A stretch of 38,492 nt of DNA from Bdellovibrionota bacterium (GCA_044352465.1 JBILDU010000015.1:1-38492); one strand, 5' to 3'. Shown: positions 1 to 10,173, numbered from the stretch's first letter. Translations and numbers: made by a program. The notes: generated by a model from the letters alone, not told the origin.

Positions 1-53
1 CGTGACTGGAAAGAAGAGCGTAGACGGCACCAAACCCGGACAACGAACCCCAT
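1..53 (-). CDS. possible 5' end of a gene running off the left edge (MGFVVRVWCRLRSSFQS...)
   Basis: ATG at 53 on the minus strand, preceded by an A/G-rich run; frame open to the window edge. Too short to identify. Confidence 0.2.
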   Translation of the reverse strand, partial: MGFVVRVWCRLRSSFQS

Positions 54-1111
54 GTGCCCCCCCCTTTTTAACCCCGTTGAGCTGAATCCCTAAAGGAGGA
101 TATGGAGCATTTCGAGGAGATGTGTCATACGGGGGGATTTGTGCGCTCGCGATATGATATCGGTCTCGTGCGCCTTTCAATAAGTTTTTTTACTATCCAG
201 AGGTGAAAGGCCCACGAGGTTCAGCTCGCCTTCCTGCGCACTTCCTTTTCTATGGAGGGCACGCTCCAAGCTTCGGAAGCTGCCCGGCCCTCCCTGGCAA
301 GGCTCGTGATTTCTCCAGAAGGTGAAAAAAACTTTCTAAAAGAATTCCTAGTTCTAAGGGGCGATAGACGGCGGATCCACGCCACTGGACTGAATATGCA
401 ATCCTCGTCGTAGACCCCAGCGCACCGCGCGGTACTGCCCATCTCGGCGAAGATGGCGCCGCCCCTTGAGGCGTGAGCCTCCGATCGAGAGCGAGTCGCC
501 GCCATAGGCGCTGCCGGTCGGGGTGGTGCCTTCGATGATGAGATCTTAGTTGATGATAACGGCGGTACCCGATTCGTCCGCTTGGACTGCCCCAGCGGTG
601 GAGCCAGTGACCAGAAACGTCGAGTGTGGGGCGGTGATAGGGGATCGTTCGAAACCCACAGCGCCACCGTGTCCTGGGTGAGATCCCCTTCGATGCTCTA
701 CTCAATATAGTCGTGCTGCCTTCGGATTAGTTTGAGGGACCGAGGCGCCTCGCCGATGTAATGCACTTAGATTGAACGGTGACCGTCCCGTCCTTTTTTT
801 TCGACACAGGCAACTGAGTTCTGGTCCGGTGCGGCTGTAGTCGAGAGGGGCGCAACAAAATTTTTGATGAGAGCGGACAGGATGAATATTATCGATGGGC
901 TGAGCCTTCGGTTCGACCTCGGGTGATAGCCCTACGAGTAAAGCGGGGTGGTGCTGGGGTTTCGAACTGAGGGATATATTAGCTTCGGTTATCTGCGGTC
1001 GTTTCTCAGGGTAGAAAGCAGGAAGCTCTCTGGAGGGGGCGCAGGCCTCATCGCTTCCAGAAGAGTCCTTACGTCGACTTGGCCGCCGGAGCTGGGACAG
1101 GCCAGCCCTTT

Positions 1112-2287
1112 TTACGGATTTTTACGCAGCCAGGTGAGCGCGGCTTCGATAAAGCCGTATCCGATCGTCGTCGGTCTTCCAACACCGACATTAACGATGA
1201 TGATGTCTCGATCGAGCACCTCGGCCCAGTCCACCGTTTCACGTCGTAAGTTGTAAAACTTCCGCTCACCTCCTTTCCGCCACTGTTTGAAGTAGAAAAA
1301 GAGCCGGGAATCTTTGGTCAGATCCCATTGGTGAATGTGATCGGCAAAAGCGAAAAGATAACTGGTGCCGACGAGAAGAGCGGACGGCTGCTTGTTCGGC
1401 GCGGGGTCGGTGTAGCGAATAGTAACGTAGGGGGTGGGATCTTCAAACCGGCTTGGGGTGAGGACGTTGGCGATCTTCAATAGATCACGATCCTTATCTC
1501 GTGGGGGAGACTCGAGGATTACGTCGTCGCAATTAAATCCTCGAAATGAAGCGCCGCCCATCGACTTGAGTTTCTCATTCGTTGCCTTAAGGGCGAGGCA
1601 TGAGCCGAGTTCGCTCCAATGCGAGCCGGAACGGGGGAAGAGCTGCGGTGCTCCCTTCGCCGCTGCTTCGCGGAGGGTGGCGACGGTGTCGATATAGGCG
1701 ATCGAGTGTTGTTCGAGGAGTGTCTTCAGCCTTTCAAAGGGATGTTGCCGGGAGTGCCGGGTCGGATCGAGAAACATCTCGGGTACGACCTCGGGGTAGA
1801 TTTCGGTGACGTTCGGAGTAACGACTAAGAGGAGGGTCTTGCCCCGTTCCTGGAGTCGCACTTGGAGCTCTTTGAGGTATTCGATACGGCGAGGAAAGTC
1901 CTTGAGCCCCTTTGGTTTGCGACGGTTCATCGCGGGGAGGTGCGCTCCTTGGATTAAGTGACGACCGCTTCCCTCCATCACGTTGCCGTTATGAAAAGCC
2001 GTGATCTGTCCAAAGAGTCGAGAGTAGAGATCGTTCGCTACCAAGGTGAGGGGGGTCCAGAGTCCTGAATTGCGCTTCGCCCGGGGCTCAACGCTTCGTT
2101 GCCAGGCCCGTTTCATAAAAGCTTCTCGGGAAAACGGTCGAGCCGGCTGTGCGGCGGCCATGCCGTGCGGCGGGGGCTCCGGAAAAACGGTTAAAATATC
2201 GTTCAGGAGTGGGAAAAAGAGGAAACTCCCGACGAGAGCGAGAAAGATTGCTTTGAGGGTCCGGTATGTTGGCATCGCTCGTTCCAT
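1112..2287 (-). CDS. AlgX/AlgJ-like SGNH-type O-acetyltransferase, N-terminally membrane-anchored
   Basis: N-terminal hydrophobic segment, LLLVVTPN, SHWSELG (His) and LLVGTSY (Ser) motifs; lies directly downstream of an AlgI-like MBOAT. Start moved to ATG 2287, preceded by GAGG overlapping the MBOAT stop. Confidence 0.8.
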   Translation of the reverse strand: MERAMPTYRTLKAIFLALVGSFLFFPLLNDILTVFPEPPPHGMAAAQPARPFSREAFMKRAWQRSVEPRAKRNSGLWTPLTLVANDLYSRLFGQITAFHNGNVMEGSGRHLIQGAHLPAMNRRKPKGLKDFPRRIEYLKELQVRLQERGKTLLLVVTPNVTEIYPEVVPEMFLDPTRHSRQHPFERLKTLLEQHSIAYIDTVATLREAAAKGAPQLFPRSGSHWSELGSCLALKATNEKLKSMGGASFRGFNCDDVILESPPRDKDRDLLKIANVLTPSRFEDPTPYVTIRYTDPAPNKQPSALLVGTSYLFAFADHIHQWDLTKDSRLFFYFKQWRKGGERKFYNLRRETVDWAEVLDRDIIIVNVGVGRPTTIGYGFIEAALTWLRKNP

Positions 2288-2294
2288 GCCGACC

Positions 2295-3722
2295 TCAAAA
2301 CTGAAAGTAGATAAACGGCGAGAAGTCGGTGCCGGCCATGGCGGCAGCCGAGAGGCCGAGGAGGACGATCGCTTGGGTCGCCCACGCATACTCCCGGATG
2401 GTCGGAGATGCCATTGAGCGCACCCGTTCAACGAGTTTGGTTAGTCCTGGGACGATCGGATAGAGGCATAAGGCGTAGGCGAGACCAACCATAAAGATCT
2501 CATATCCGGAGGTCACCGAGCCGAGCGGGGGGGCCTTGTTGACGCCCGCATCGTCCACGAGCCGTTTGAAGTAGAAGCCCGCATGGGAGAGATCGTCGGC
2601 GCGAAAGAGCACCCGGGAGAGCATCACAAAAAAGAGGGTGGTGAGTACTTGGCAGGCGTACGGAATCTTGACCAGATATCGCCCCAGAAAAAGTTTCTCG
2701 AGGGTCATAAAGATTCCATGCCATACCCCCCAAAGAACGAAGGTCCACTGGGCGCCGTGCCACAGTCCCGAGAAAAGAAATATCACCCAGAGATTGAAGT
2801 ACTGTCGGGCCACGCCGACCCGCGAGCCACCGAGGGGGTAGTAGAGATACTCGCGCATCCATCGCCCAAACGACATGTGCCACCGTCTCCAGAAGTCGGT
2901 GAAACTTGTCGCGAGGTAGGGGCGATCGAAGTTTTGGGGGAAGCGAAAACCAAACATCCGGGCGAGCCCTATCGCCATATCGGAGTATCCAGAGAAGTCG
3001 TAATAGATCTGGGCGGTATAGGCGAGGATGCCGAGCCAGGCTAGTTCGATCGAGAGGGCGTTCGATTTAAGACCAAAGATCTCGTCAGCGGTGTGTCCGA
3101 CGACATCAGCGACAAGCACCTTCTTGGCGAGTCCAATACAAAAGAGGGTGAGGCCGTGATAGATGTCGTCCAGGCGAAAAGGGCGGGAGCGCAGCTGATC
3201 TTCGATCTCGTGATACCGCACGATCGGCCCCGCAACGAGTTGGGGAAAGAAGAGGATATAGAGGAGGAAGTCGATCGGATTTTTCGACGCTGGTCGGATC
3301 TTCCGATAGACGTCGACGACGTAGCTAATCTTGTGAAAGGTGAAGAACGATATCCCGATCGGTAAGATGACCTTCTGCCACTCAATCGGAGCGCTGCCGA
3401 ACCAACCGCCGACTCGGTTCACCTCGCCGATGAAAAAGTTGGCGTATTTAAAATAGCCGAGCGCTCCGACGTTCAAGAGGAGCGATAAGGTCAGGGCTGT
3501 TTTCGAGCCACGGGGCGAGCTTCGCTCGATGAGAAGCGCCAGCACAAAGTCGAACGCGCACAGGGTAAGGAGCGTGCCAACAAAGCGAGGCTCTCCCCAT
3601 GAATAGAAGAAAAGGCTCGCGCAGATGAGCAGAAGATTTTTTAAGGGGCGGGGGACGAGGAGATACACCCCGAAAACGATCGGGAGAAAATAAAAGAGAA
3701 ATATAAACGAGCTAAAAACCAT
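2295..3722 (-). CDS. MBOAT family O-acyltransferase, AlgI/PatA-like
   Basis: MVFSSFIFLFYFLP start, LPIGISFFTF, FFPQLVAGPIVRY, YDFSGYSDMAIG, FWRRWHMS, SGLWHGA (catalytic His) and C-terminal FIYFQF. Start set at ATG 3722. Confidence 0.95.
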   Translation of the reverse strand: MVFSSFIFLFYFLPIVFGVYLLVPRPLKNLLLICASLFFYSWGEPRFVGTLLTLCAFDFVLALLIERSSPRGSKTALTLSLLLNVGALGYFKYANFFIGEVNRVGGWFGSAPIEWQKVILPIGISFFTFHKISYVVDVYRKIRPASKNPIDFLLYILFFPQLVAGPIVRYHEIEDQLRSRPFRLDDIYHGLTLFCIGLAKKVLVADVVGHTADEIFGLKSNALSIELAWLGILAYTAQIYYDFSGYSDMAIGLARMFGFRFPQNFDRPYLATSFTDFWRRWHMSFGRWMREYLYYPLGGSRVGVARQYFNLWVIFLFSGLWHGAQWTFVLWGVWHGIFMTLEKLFLGRYLVKIPYACQVLTTLFFVMLSRVLFRADDLSHAGFYFKRLVDDAGVNKAPPLGSVTSGYEIFMVGLAYALCLYPIVPGLTKLVERVRSMASPTIREYAWATQAIVLLGLSAAAMAGTDFSPFIYFQF

Positions 3723-3881
3723 ACGGAGCAAGGCAGACTATAGCAGAGGGGGCGGGATGGAGCTACCTCGGGAGCCACCGCCTCGTGTTGATCGTGTTGG
3801 GAGTTTTTTGAGGGGAGGGGGCTGGAAGGAGGTGGTGTCGTCCGTTTAAAACCGTAACGGTGGAGCTGAAAGAGCGGGCTT

Positions 3882-3918
3882 GGGGACGAATCCAGGGGGA
3901 AGCCTGAGATCCGTCCCC
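3882..3918 (-). terminator. GC-rich stem-loop downstream of the 60-aa ORF
   Basis: GGGGACG (3882-3888) pairs with CGTCCCC (3912-3918), with an inner CAGG/CCTG stem; 17 nt after the stop; no strong U tract. Confidence 0.4.
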
Positions 3919-3935
3919 GCGCCGACTGTCATCGC

Positions 3936-4118
3936 TTACCAGGACCAGCCGTTGTTCTGCTGGTTGCGCTGAGCTTCAGCCTGACGAGCCTGCTCCGCCA
4001 GGAGGTTCTGCATGTGCAGAGCTTCCTCGTACGCGCGGCGACGTGCCTCTTCAGCGCGACGCTCGGCCTCCTGACGCTCCTGCCACTCCTGCCACGACGG
4101 ATCACCAAAACTACTCAT
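3936..4118 (-). CDS. small Glu/Gln/Arg/Ala-rich helical protein, 60 aa
   Basis: AGGAG Shine-Dalgarno 6 nt before the ATG; sits in an intergenic gap; downstream hairpin; coherent charged-helix composition. Confidence 0.65.
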   Translation of the reverse strand: MSSFGDPSWQEWQERQEAERRAEEARRRAYEEALHMQNLLAEQARQAEAQRNQQNNGWSW

Positions 4119-4283
4119 AACGTACTCCTAAGAAAAAACCGCAAAAACCTTGTGATGGAACATCCATCACTTCCTTCTTCACCGTAGGGGTATTCCGGTA
4201 GGTACTCAATGAAACGGCGGTGTTTCTGAATCGCTCTCTCCGATCGGTTGCTGAAGCGCGCCCACAGAGCGTGTGCGGAGAGC

Positions 4284-5066
4284 TTAATCCTCGCGAAATC
4301 CCCATATGCCGTTCGCTATCGCCACCGCGGCGATGGCGGCGGTTTCGGCGCGAAGGACGCGGGGGCCGAGGGAGACCGGAAGGAATCCCGCCTCTTTTAA
4401 AGCTTGGTACTCGGCTGGAGTGAAGTCACCTTCCGGGCCGATGGCGATATGAACCCCTCCGTGTGGGGGCGCAAGGTGACGAAACTCGCGCGCTTCACTT
4501 TCGAGCGAGCAGACGAGGAGAGCGTCGTCTGAGGTTTGCACTCCCCGAATGTCGTTCAGGAGTTCCTCGGTTGAGAGTGCGAGTCCCACTGAGGGGACGT
4601 CGCTGCGATTTGATTGTTGTGCCGCTGCGAGTGCGATCTTGCTCCAGCGCTCAAGCTTCTTGTCCCGATCGCGTGGTGAGTCAACGCGCACGATGCTACG
4701 GGTGGTTTGCCAAAAGAGGATCCGGTCAGCGCCGAGTTCGCACCCTTTCTGGCATACGAGATCGTTCTTTTCTCCCTTACAGAGGGCGAATATGAGGGTT
4801 TTCACTCGGCTGGCGCGGGTGGGTTGGGGGCTCTCCCGCTCAAGTCGAAGAGCAACGGCTGGCCAGATCTCGGTGATCGTTGCGGCGAAGCGTCGATGGG
4901 AGCCCGTGTCGATCGCAATGACCGAATCGCCGATGCCGAGGCGCAGGACGTTGCGGGTATGGTGTGAGGCGTCGTCATCTAAAACGCACGCAAACGGAAG
5001 CGCCGCGCTTTCGGTCGGTTTCGCGAGGTTCGAAACGTTGACGAAGACGCGGCGCTCTTGAGACAC
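4284..5066 (-). CDS. rsmE: 16S rRNA (uracil1498-N3)-methyltransferase
   Basis: HHTRNVLRL, KGCELG, AAQQSNR, IAIGPEGDF and SLGPRVLRAETAA SPOUT motifs. Confidence 0.95.
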   Translation of the reverse strand: MSQERRVFVNVSNLAKPTESAALPFACVLDDDASHHTRNVLRLGIGDSVIAIDTGSHRRFAATITEIWPAVALRLERESPQPTRASRVKTLIFALCKGEKNDLVCQKGCELGADRILFWQTTRSIVRVDSPRDRDKKLERWSKIALAAAQQSNRSDVPSVGLALSTEELLNDIRGVQTSDDALLVCSLESEAREFRHLAPPHGGVHIAIGPEGDFTPAEYQALKEAGFLPVSLGPRVLRAETAAIAAVAIANGIWGFRED

Positions 5067-5083
5067 GGGGTCGTCCCGCTCTT

Positions 5084-5701
5084 TTACCGCTCTTTCTTCC
5101 GAATCGCGCCCATCTTCTCGAGGCGGGCAGCGATGTACGGAATCTTGTCGATGCCGAAGATTCGCTCTTTGTCGATAACAAAGGTCGGCGTGTCGTAGAC
5201 CCCCATCTTGCGGCCCCGCTTGTAGATGCCCTTGACCCGCTCGCGGGTGTCGGACGAGGAGACCTTGCTTAAGAAGTCGCCGAGGTCGATGTCGAGCTCA
5301 TCGCAAAGCTCGTTCATGAAGTTCTCATCGTTCGGGTTCTCGCCGAGTCCCCACCACTTATGGAACACCTTGTAGTTATATTCCATTAAGATGCCGAGGT
5401 CGCCGGCGACCACAGCCCCACGGGTCACGCGACCGGGGTCGAATTCGTTCTCGGGCCAACCCTCGGGGAAAACGAGCGGGATGTTACGCTCCGTCGCGAA
5501 TCGCTTCGTATCCTCAAAGAGGTACGAAAGCTTGTCGGGGACGATCGGGGAGGGGGTCATCTGTTGACCGGAAGCCTTCGCGGAGAACGGTTGCCACAGG
5601 AGTTCAACGTCGTACTTACTCTCGATCTCGTATATCGACTCGAGGGCGAGGTAGGAGTAGGCGCTCTGGAAAGAATAAAAAACTTCAATGCTTACAGTCA
5701 T
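5084..5701 (-). CDS. 2-hydroxychromene-2-carboxylate isomerase / GST-kappa-like DsbA-fold protein
   Basis: IEVFYSFQSAYSYL at the N-terminus and GVYDTPTFVID..IFGIDK at the C-terminus. Start set at ATG 5701. Confidence 0.8.
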   Translation of the reverse strand: MTVSIEVFYSFQSAYSYLALESIYEIESKYDVELLWQPFSAKASGQQMTPSPIVPDKLSYLFEDTKRFATERNIPLVFPEGWPENEFDPGRVTRGAVVAGDLGILMEYNYKVFHKWWGLGENPNDENFMNELCDELDIDLGDFLSKVSSSDTRERVKGIYKRGRKMGVYDTPTFVIDKERIFGIDKIPYIAARLEKMGAIRKKER

Positions 5702-6069
5702 AACGGTGAACGATGTTGTAGACACCTGGTAATGATGAGGAGACACCCAGGTGGGGACCGAGTGTTCCTACCGAGATGACGCCACGTTATTTAGCTTCGT
5801 CCTTGGAGGCGCACTCAAGCGTCCCTAGAACTAAGCTGTGCGGGCCCAACCCGACCTGTTTAAGCGGTTCGATGACGCTGTTAAAAAACAACGCAGCTAA
5901 AAACAGGAGATCGAAAGTCGAAGGTCGGTACGGCGAGTTCGAATAAATCTAAACGCCAGACGTTCCAAAAGCCCTGAAACTTCATTAGGCTAGTAAGATT
6001 TAGCGTTAATTGCAAGGATTAAAGGGTCAGAAGAACTGTACTTAGCCCTTTAAGGTCGCGGGGATACGG

Positions 6070-6981
6070 ATGGCGCTCGAGTTAATTAAAGAGGTGCTGA
6101 AAGGGGCAAAGACCCGACCTCTCCTCTGCTTAGAGGTAAATCCTCCCCGGGGAACGGGGGTCGAGGAGGTCCTGGGGCGGCTTGCCGGGCAGACCGATGG
6201 GATCGATTTCTTTAACGTTACTGATTGTGCCCTTGCCAAGATGCGGCTCGCCGCGATCCCTTTCGCCTCGATTTTAAAAAGCCGTTTTGGGATTGAGCCG
6301 CTCGTTAACCTTTCTTGTCGAGACAGAAACCTTATCGCAATCCAGGCCGATCTTCTCGGCGGATGGGCGCTGGGGGTCCGTTCCGTTATCGCCCTCACCG
6401 GAGACGCCGTGACGATCGGGGATGCGCCTGAGCGGAAAGGTGTGTTTGAGGTCAATTCAATCGGCCTGCTCTCCGCGATAACGACCTTAAACGAGGGGCG
6501 AGATCTTGTCGGGAACCCCCTGGTGGGGGCACCGGACTATTTCCCAGGGGTAGTCGTTAATCCGAACGCCCGCAACCGTGGCGCTGAGCTCAAGCGGTTG
6601 AAGCGGAAATTCGAAGCGGGGGGTAAATATGCGCTTAGTCAGCCCGTCTTCGATGAGGTTAGCTCGGTCGAGTTCTTCAAGGAGGCGCAAAGTATCGGCA
6701 TACCGATCTTCGCAGGGTTGATGCCGCTCAAGTCGGGGCGTTCCGTGGCCGGGCTCGCCAAGGTCCCCGGGGTGAAGGTTTCAGCAGCGATAGAGGCGCT
6801 CGTGAGCGCTGACCCGGAGCGTGACTTGGCTGATTTTTCGGTGCACCATTGCCTCCATCTGGCTGAGCTTAACGCGCCGTATGTGGCAGGATTCCACGTC
6901 GTAAGTGGTGCCACTCCTAAACTTGCGTTAAGGTTGGCCAGCGAGTTGGCGGCGTTCGTAAAGTCGCGTTCAACCCCGTGA
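6070..6981 (+). CDS. metF: methylenetetrahydrofolate reductase family protein (resembles the MTHFR half of YitJ-type proteins)
   Basis: LEVNPPRG, NVTD, SCRDRN, ALTGD and SQPVFD motifs. Confidence 0.8.
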   Translation: MALELIKEVLKGAKTRPLLCLEVNPPRGTGVEEVLGRLAGQTDGIDFFNVTDCALAKMRLAAIPFASILKSRFGIEPLVNLSCRDRNLIAIQADLLGGWALGVRSVIALTGDAVTIGDAPERKGVFEVNSIGLLSAITTLNEGRDLVGNPLVGAPDYFPGVVVNPNARNRGAELKRLKRKFEAGGKYALSQPVFDEVSSVEFFKEAQSIGIPIFAGLMPLKSGRSVAGLAKVPGVKVSAAIEALVSADPERDLADFSVHHCLHLAELNAPYVAGFHVVSGATPKLALRLASELAAFVKSRSTP

Positions 6982-7023
6982 CCGCCGCCGGGATATTTTT
7001 AGTTCGTTTGCACAGGTTGGGCT

Positions 7024-7611
7024 ATGAAGCGACGTGAAGAGATGTCTTTCCTTGAGCGGATTTACGTCATCGAGGTCGTCAAAGGTGTGGTTCTCACCTT
7101 CGGTCGACTCCTGCGTAATTTTACTTTGCACGTGCTCCATCTTTTCGGGCTCAAAAAAGAGATCGCTGCGGCGGCGAGTATCCAGTATCCAAACGAGCGG
7201 CGTTCCTACCCAGCGCGGTATCGTGGTCGGCACCGTTTGACCCTCAACCCTCAGGGCGACATTAAGTGCACATCATGCTTTCTGTGTGCGACGGCCTGTC
7301 CCGCAAAATGTATCTATATCGAAGCGGCTGAGCATGCTGATAAGAGCGTGGAGAAGTTTCCGCATCGTTACGAGATCGATACCCTTCTGTGCATTTACTG
7401 CGGTTACTGTGTTGAGGCGTGTCCGGTGGACGCGATTCGGATGGATACCGGTATTCATCCCGAGGTCTATCCGCCCGATCCGCGGATGTTCATCGAGGAT
7501 AAGGAGACGCTCATGGAGCGTTCACGGGTGCTCGAGGATATCGGCCCTGAGGCGATGTTCGAAGCTCATATGAAGAAGATGCAAGAGCTTGAGAAGCATC
7601 CCCTCAAGTAA
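7024..7611 (+). CDS. nuoI: NADH-quinone oxidoreductase subunit I (2x[4Fe-4S])
   Basis: QYPNE..RYRGRH, CTSCFLCATACP and CIYCGYCVEACPVDAI. Confidence 0.92.
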   Translation: MKRREEMSFLERIYVIEVVKGVVLTFGRLLRNFTLHVLHLFGLKKEIAAAASIQYPNERRSYPARYRGRHRLTLNPQGDIKCTSCFLCATACPAKCIYIEAAEHADKSVEKFPHRYEIDTLLCIYCGYCVEACPVDAIRMDTGIHPEVYPPDPRMFIEDKETLMERSRVLEDIGPEAMFEAHMKKMQELEKHPLK

Positions 7612-7895
7612 CCACTCAATCTTCTCTGAGCAGGGCAGTCAGGATTCGAATGCGGCAGTGTGAGCGAAGCGCGAAGCGTCGAGTATCCTTAAGCGCCGGT
7701 TGCCGAGAATTTTGCCCGCCTAATCCGGTTAAAAAATTTTCTGGTATCTGCGCGGCCTTCCGCGCCGCGCTCGTATCTCGTCTGCCAGACCTCTGGCGGG
7801 TGAAAAAACTTACCGGACGGGAGACGAGCAGCTCGGACAAAAGCGACTCCCAGTTGGTTGCGGGTCCTTGCCGTCTTTGCGTCGGTTGGCGCTCG

Positions 7896-9269
7896 ATGAG
7901 CGCTTTCGTGGCGCTCTATGTGTGCGCCTCGCTTCTGTTTGGGGCGGCGCTTTCGGCGCAAGAGCCGCCACTCTCTAGCGCTGAGCTTACGTTGCCGGAA
8001 GGGGTCCCACCTTTTACGGAAGGTGGCATATCGACCGTCATCAACACTTCCAATATCAACGCCTGGAGAGGCGTCGTTGTTCCGGAGCTTGTGCCGAGCA
8101 TTAAGAGTGGGGAGCTTCGTCTCGCGGCGCGCGAAAAGCTCGGCTATTTTTGGAGAATCGATGATCCCTGGGAGGGGGAGAGCTATCGTAATGCGAGCGC
8201 GAATAAGCGCGCGCTCGTGAGTGGAAGTACCGCGTTACGCGCCGAACTCGTCCTTAACCGTGGATATCCCTTTGGGGCTGAAGCGGAGATGCTGGCCGAC
8301 ACCGATCCGCAGCTCCTCGGGGCCCGCATCGTGTGGAATCTTCAGAGCGTTTGGTGGGGGCAGGGGAGTATTGAAAGTACGTTCGATCTTACCTGGCTCA
8401 AAGAGGGGCGTCCAACCAGGCTCCTCCGGGGCGAGTTTGTACGGGCCTATCCGGCATTACTCGGTGCTGAGAGTGGCGCACAGATATTTCGTGAACGATT
8501 GACCTTGACCGCTCCCGAAGCGATCGGCGGTTTGGCGTGGCTGTCGTTTCGTTTCCGCGGTGGCGATGAAGATGTGGTGTGGTTTCATTCGCCGGCGCTC
8601 CGGAAGGCACGCCAGCTGACCGGCTCGAATCGCTCCGATCCCTTTGCGCGGGGTGTTACCACGGTCGAGGATCTCCTCGTCTGGTCGGGGAAAGCGGAGC
8701 TCGTGGAAGCCACCGCCGATCGATCGGCGGTGGGGCTCGCGCCGTTTGCCAGCGCTGACTTGGGACAGCTCTCGCCTGAAGGGGAAGGCTGCTTCGGCGT
8801 CAATCGGAGTGAGGGACGTGATGACATCACGGATGCCAAGTTCGCTCCCTCGCTCGAGGATGCAAGTACACCACTCAATGGGGCGATCTTTGTGCCGCGA
8901 CGTTTGTGGCGGGTGGAGCTTGTCTCGAGCGATCCGTATAGCCACTACGGTCGGCAGCTCTTATACGTGGATAAGGCGAGCATGCTCCCGGTGTATAAGT
9001 TCGTCTACGACCGTTCCGGTCATCTGTGGAAGACGGTTATCGGTGTTTTTGGATTGGGCGCGAGCGCCGATCGTAAAACAAAGCGTCCGTATCTAGCGAC
9101 CCAGTTCGTTATTGATCATATTCGGCAGGAAGCTAACCTTCTCGATTTTTCACGTTTCGTGGTCTGCAGCACACCCCACGAGGGCTTAGGTGCCGCAAAT
9201 TTTGATCCTCGTAAGTTGTGGCCGCAGCCGACACCCGCTCCCGCAAAAGTACCCACAAAGAAAAAGTGA
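7896..9269 (+). CDS. DUF1329-like exported protein
   Basis: Signal peptide (MSAFVALYVCASLLFGAALSA); INTSNI, GYPF, WFHSPALRKARQL and YGRQLLYVDK..VYDRSGHLWK resemble DUF1329. Start moved to ATG 7896. Confidence 0.7.
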   Translation: MSAFVALYVCASLLFGAALSAQEPPLSSAELTLPEGVPPFTEGGISTVINTSNINAWRGVVVPELVPSIKSGELRLAAREKLGYFWRIDDPWEGESYRNASANKRALVSGSTALRAELVLNRGYPFGAEAEMLADTDPQLLGARIVWNLQSVWWGQGSIESTFDLTWLKEGRPTRLLRGEFVRAYPALLGAESGAQIFRERLTLTAPEAIGGLAWLSFRFRGGDEDVVWFHSPALRKARQLTGSNRSDPFARGVTTVEDLLVWSGKAELVEATADRSAVGLAPFASADLGQLSPEGEGCFGVNRSEGRDDITDAKFAPSLEDASTPLNGAIFVPRRLWRVELVSSDPYSHYGRQLLYVDKASMLPVYKFVYDRSGHLWKTVIGVFGLGASADRKTKRPYLATQFVIDHIRQEANLLDFSRFVVCSTPHEGLGAANFDPRKLWPQPTPAPAKVPTKKK

Positions 9270-9304
9270 GCGGTGGAAGTCCCCCCGATCTGCTCTCTGA
9301 GCCC

Positions 9305-10003
9305 TTACTGCCTCTTGGTTCGGCCGACGGAGGTGTTGTATCCGATTCGGGCGGAGCTTGGATTTCGATGAGCAACAAGCTTTTCGAGAAGTGCTGCAGG
9401 GGAGAGCGTCTTCGGACGACCGTCATCTCCGCCCCGTCGTCGGGCGATCTCGTGTGAGAGTATCTGCGCAAACCCGACCCTGCGGGTGAGGCCGTCGCGG
9501 GGGGCGAAATGCCACACGATCGCGAAGGGAAATGCGAGTGCCACCGTAACTCCGAGCGAGAGAGGTAGGGATGCGCCGGTCGACGCGGCGTAGAGCCCGA
9601 CCGTCACTGCGCCGAGAAGTCCGACGAAAGCCCAGTGGATCGATCGAACGCGAAAACCTTGCAGCTTTATAAACAAAGCGTCGTCCGACACGTCGATATC
9701 AAGAAGGTCCTCAAGATAACTTTCGAGAACTTCAACCGCTACAAAGGCGACCCCTTCACGAAAGCGGGTAAATGCGGCGAAGGCTTGATGCCCATACCCA
9801 CGGGTACTCGACTCGTAGCGGAGCAGCTCTCCACCGATAGTGCGGTAATCGTTCACGAGCCGCAGACTCCGTGCGTACGGGTGAGCGCCCCGGTCTGAAT
9901 CTGGAGTTCGGAGAATCATGAGAGTAAGAGTAGCATAATCGGACATGGTGGGAACCAATTCGACCGAGACCTGTCGATGGCCTTTCGACTCGCTCTCGCT
10001 CAA
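9305..10003 (-). CDS. hypothetical membrane protein with two TM helices
   Basis: 232-aa ORF filling the gap, with two hydrophobic segments; start uncertain (TTG 10003 or ATG 9946). Confidence 0.65.
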   Translation of the reverse strand: MSESESKGHRQVSVELVPTMSDYATLTLMILRTPDSDRGAHPYARSLRLVNDYRTIGGELLRYESSTRGYGHQAFAAFTRFREGVAFVAVEVLESYLEDLLDIDVSDDALFIKLQGFRVRSIHWAFVGLLGAVTVGLYAASTGASLPLSLGVTVALAFPFAIVWHFAPRDGLTRRVGFAQILSHEIARRRGGDDGRPKTLSPAALLEKLVAHRNPSSARIGYNTSVGRTKRQ

Positions 10004-10173
10004 GGCATTCCCACAGATATGGCCCCGAAAACGCTCAGATTTCCCCGCTTTTTCGCAACTGTCCTGAAGGGCTTACATAAAGTAGGAGATACTTAATCCT
10101 CTCAGATCGAAGGACGGGTTTTGGGCTTATGGTTTGTTTTTGAATGGGGCTGCGGGATTGAACAGTAGAACTG

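Noticed and set aside
91..206. AAAGGAGG followed by a 34-codon plus-strand ORF
   Set aside because: The SD is only 2 nt from the ATG and the product is unremarkable.
192..235. TATCCAGAG...GGCCC resembling the start of a SAM-I riboswitch
   Set aside because: It lacks the GAGGGA and GCAACC elements, and no methionine gene follows.
221..705. Two overlapping minus-strand ORFs (148 and 151 aa)
   Set aside because: No recognisable motifs or SD and a composition typical of shadow ORFs; a real gene cannot be excluded but is not supported.
706..1111. Intergenic region with short hairpins and a T8 run
   Set aside because: Stems are weak and no RNA family or repeat structure was recognised.
5702..6069. 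Possible riboswitch or ncRNA upstream of the metF-like gene; 7-bp inverted repeat at 5723-5753
   Set aside because: No consensus recognised and the short stem could be chance; an Rfam scan would be needed.
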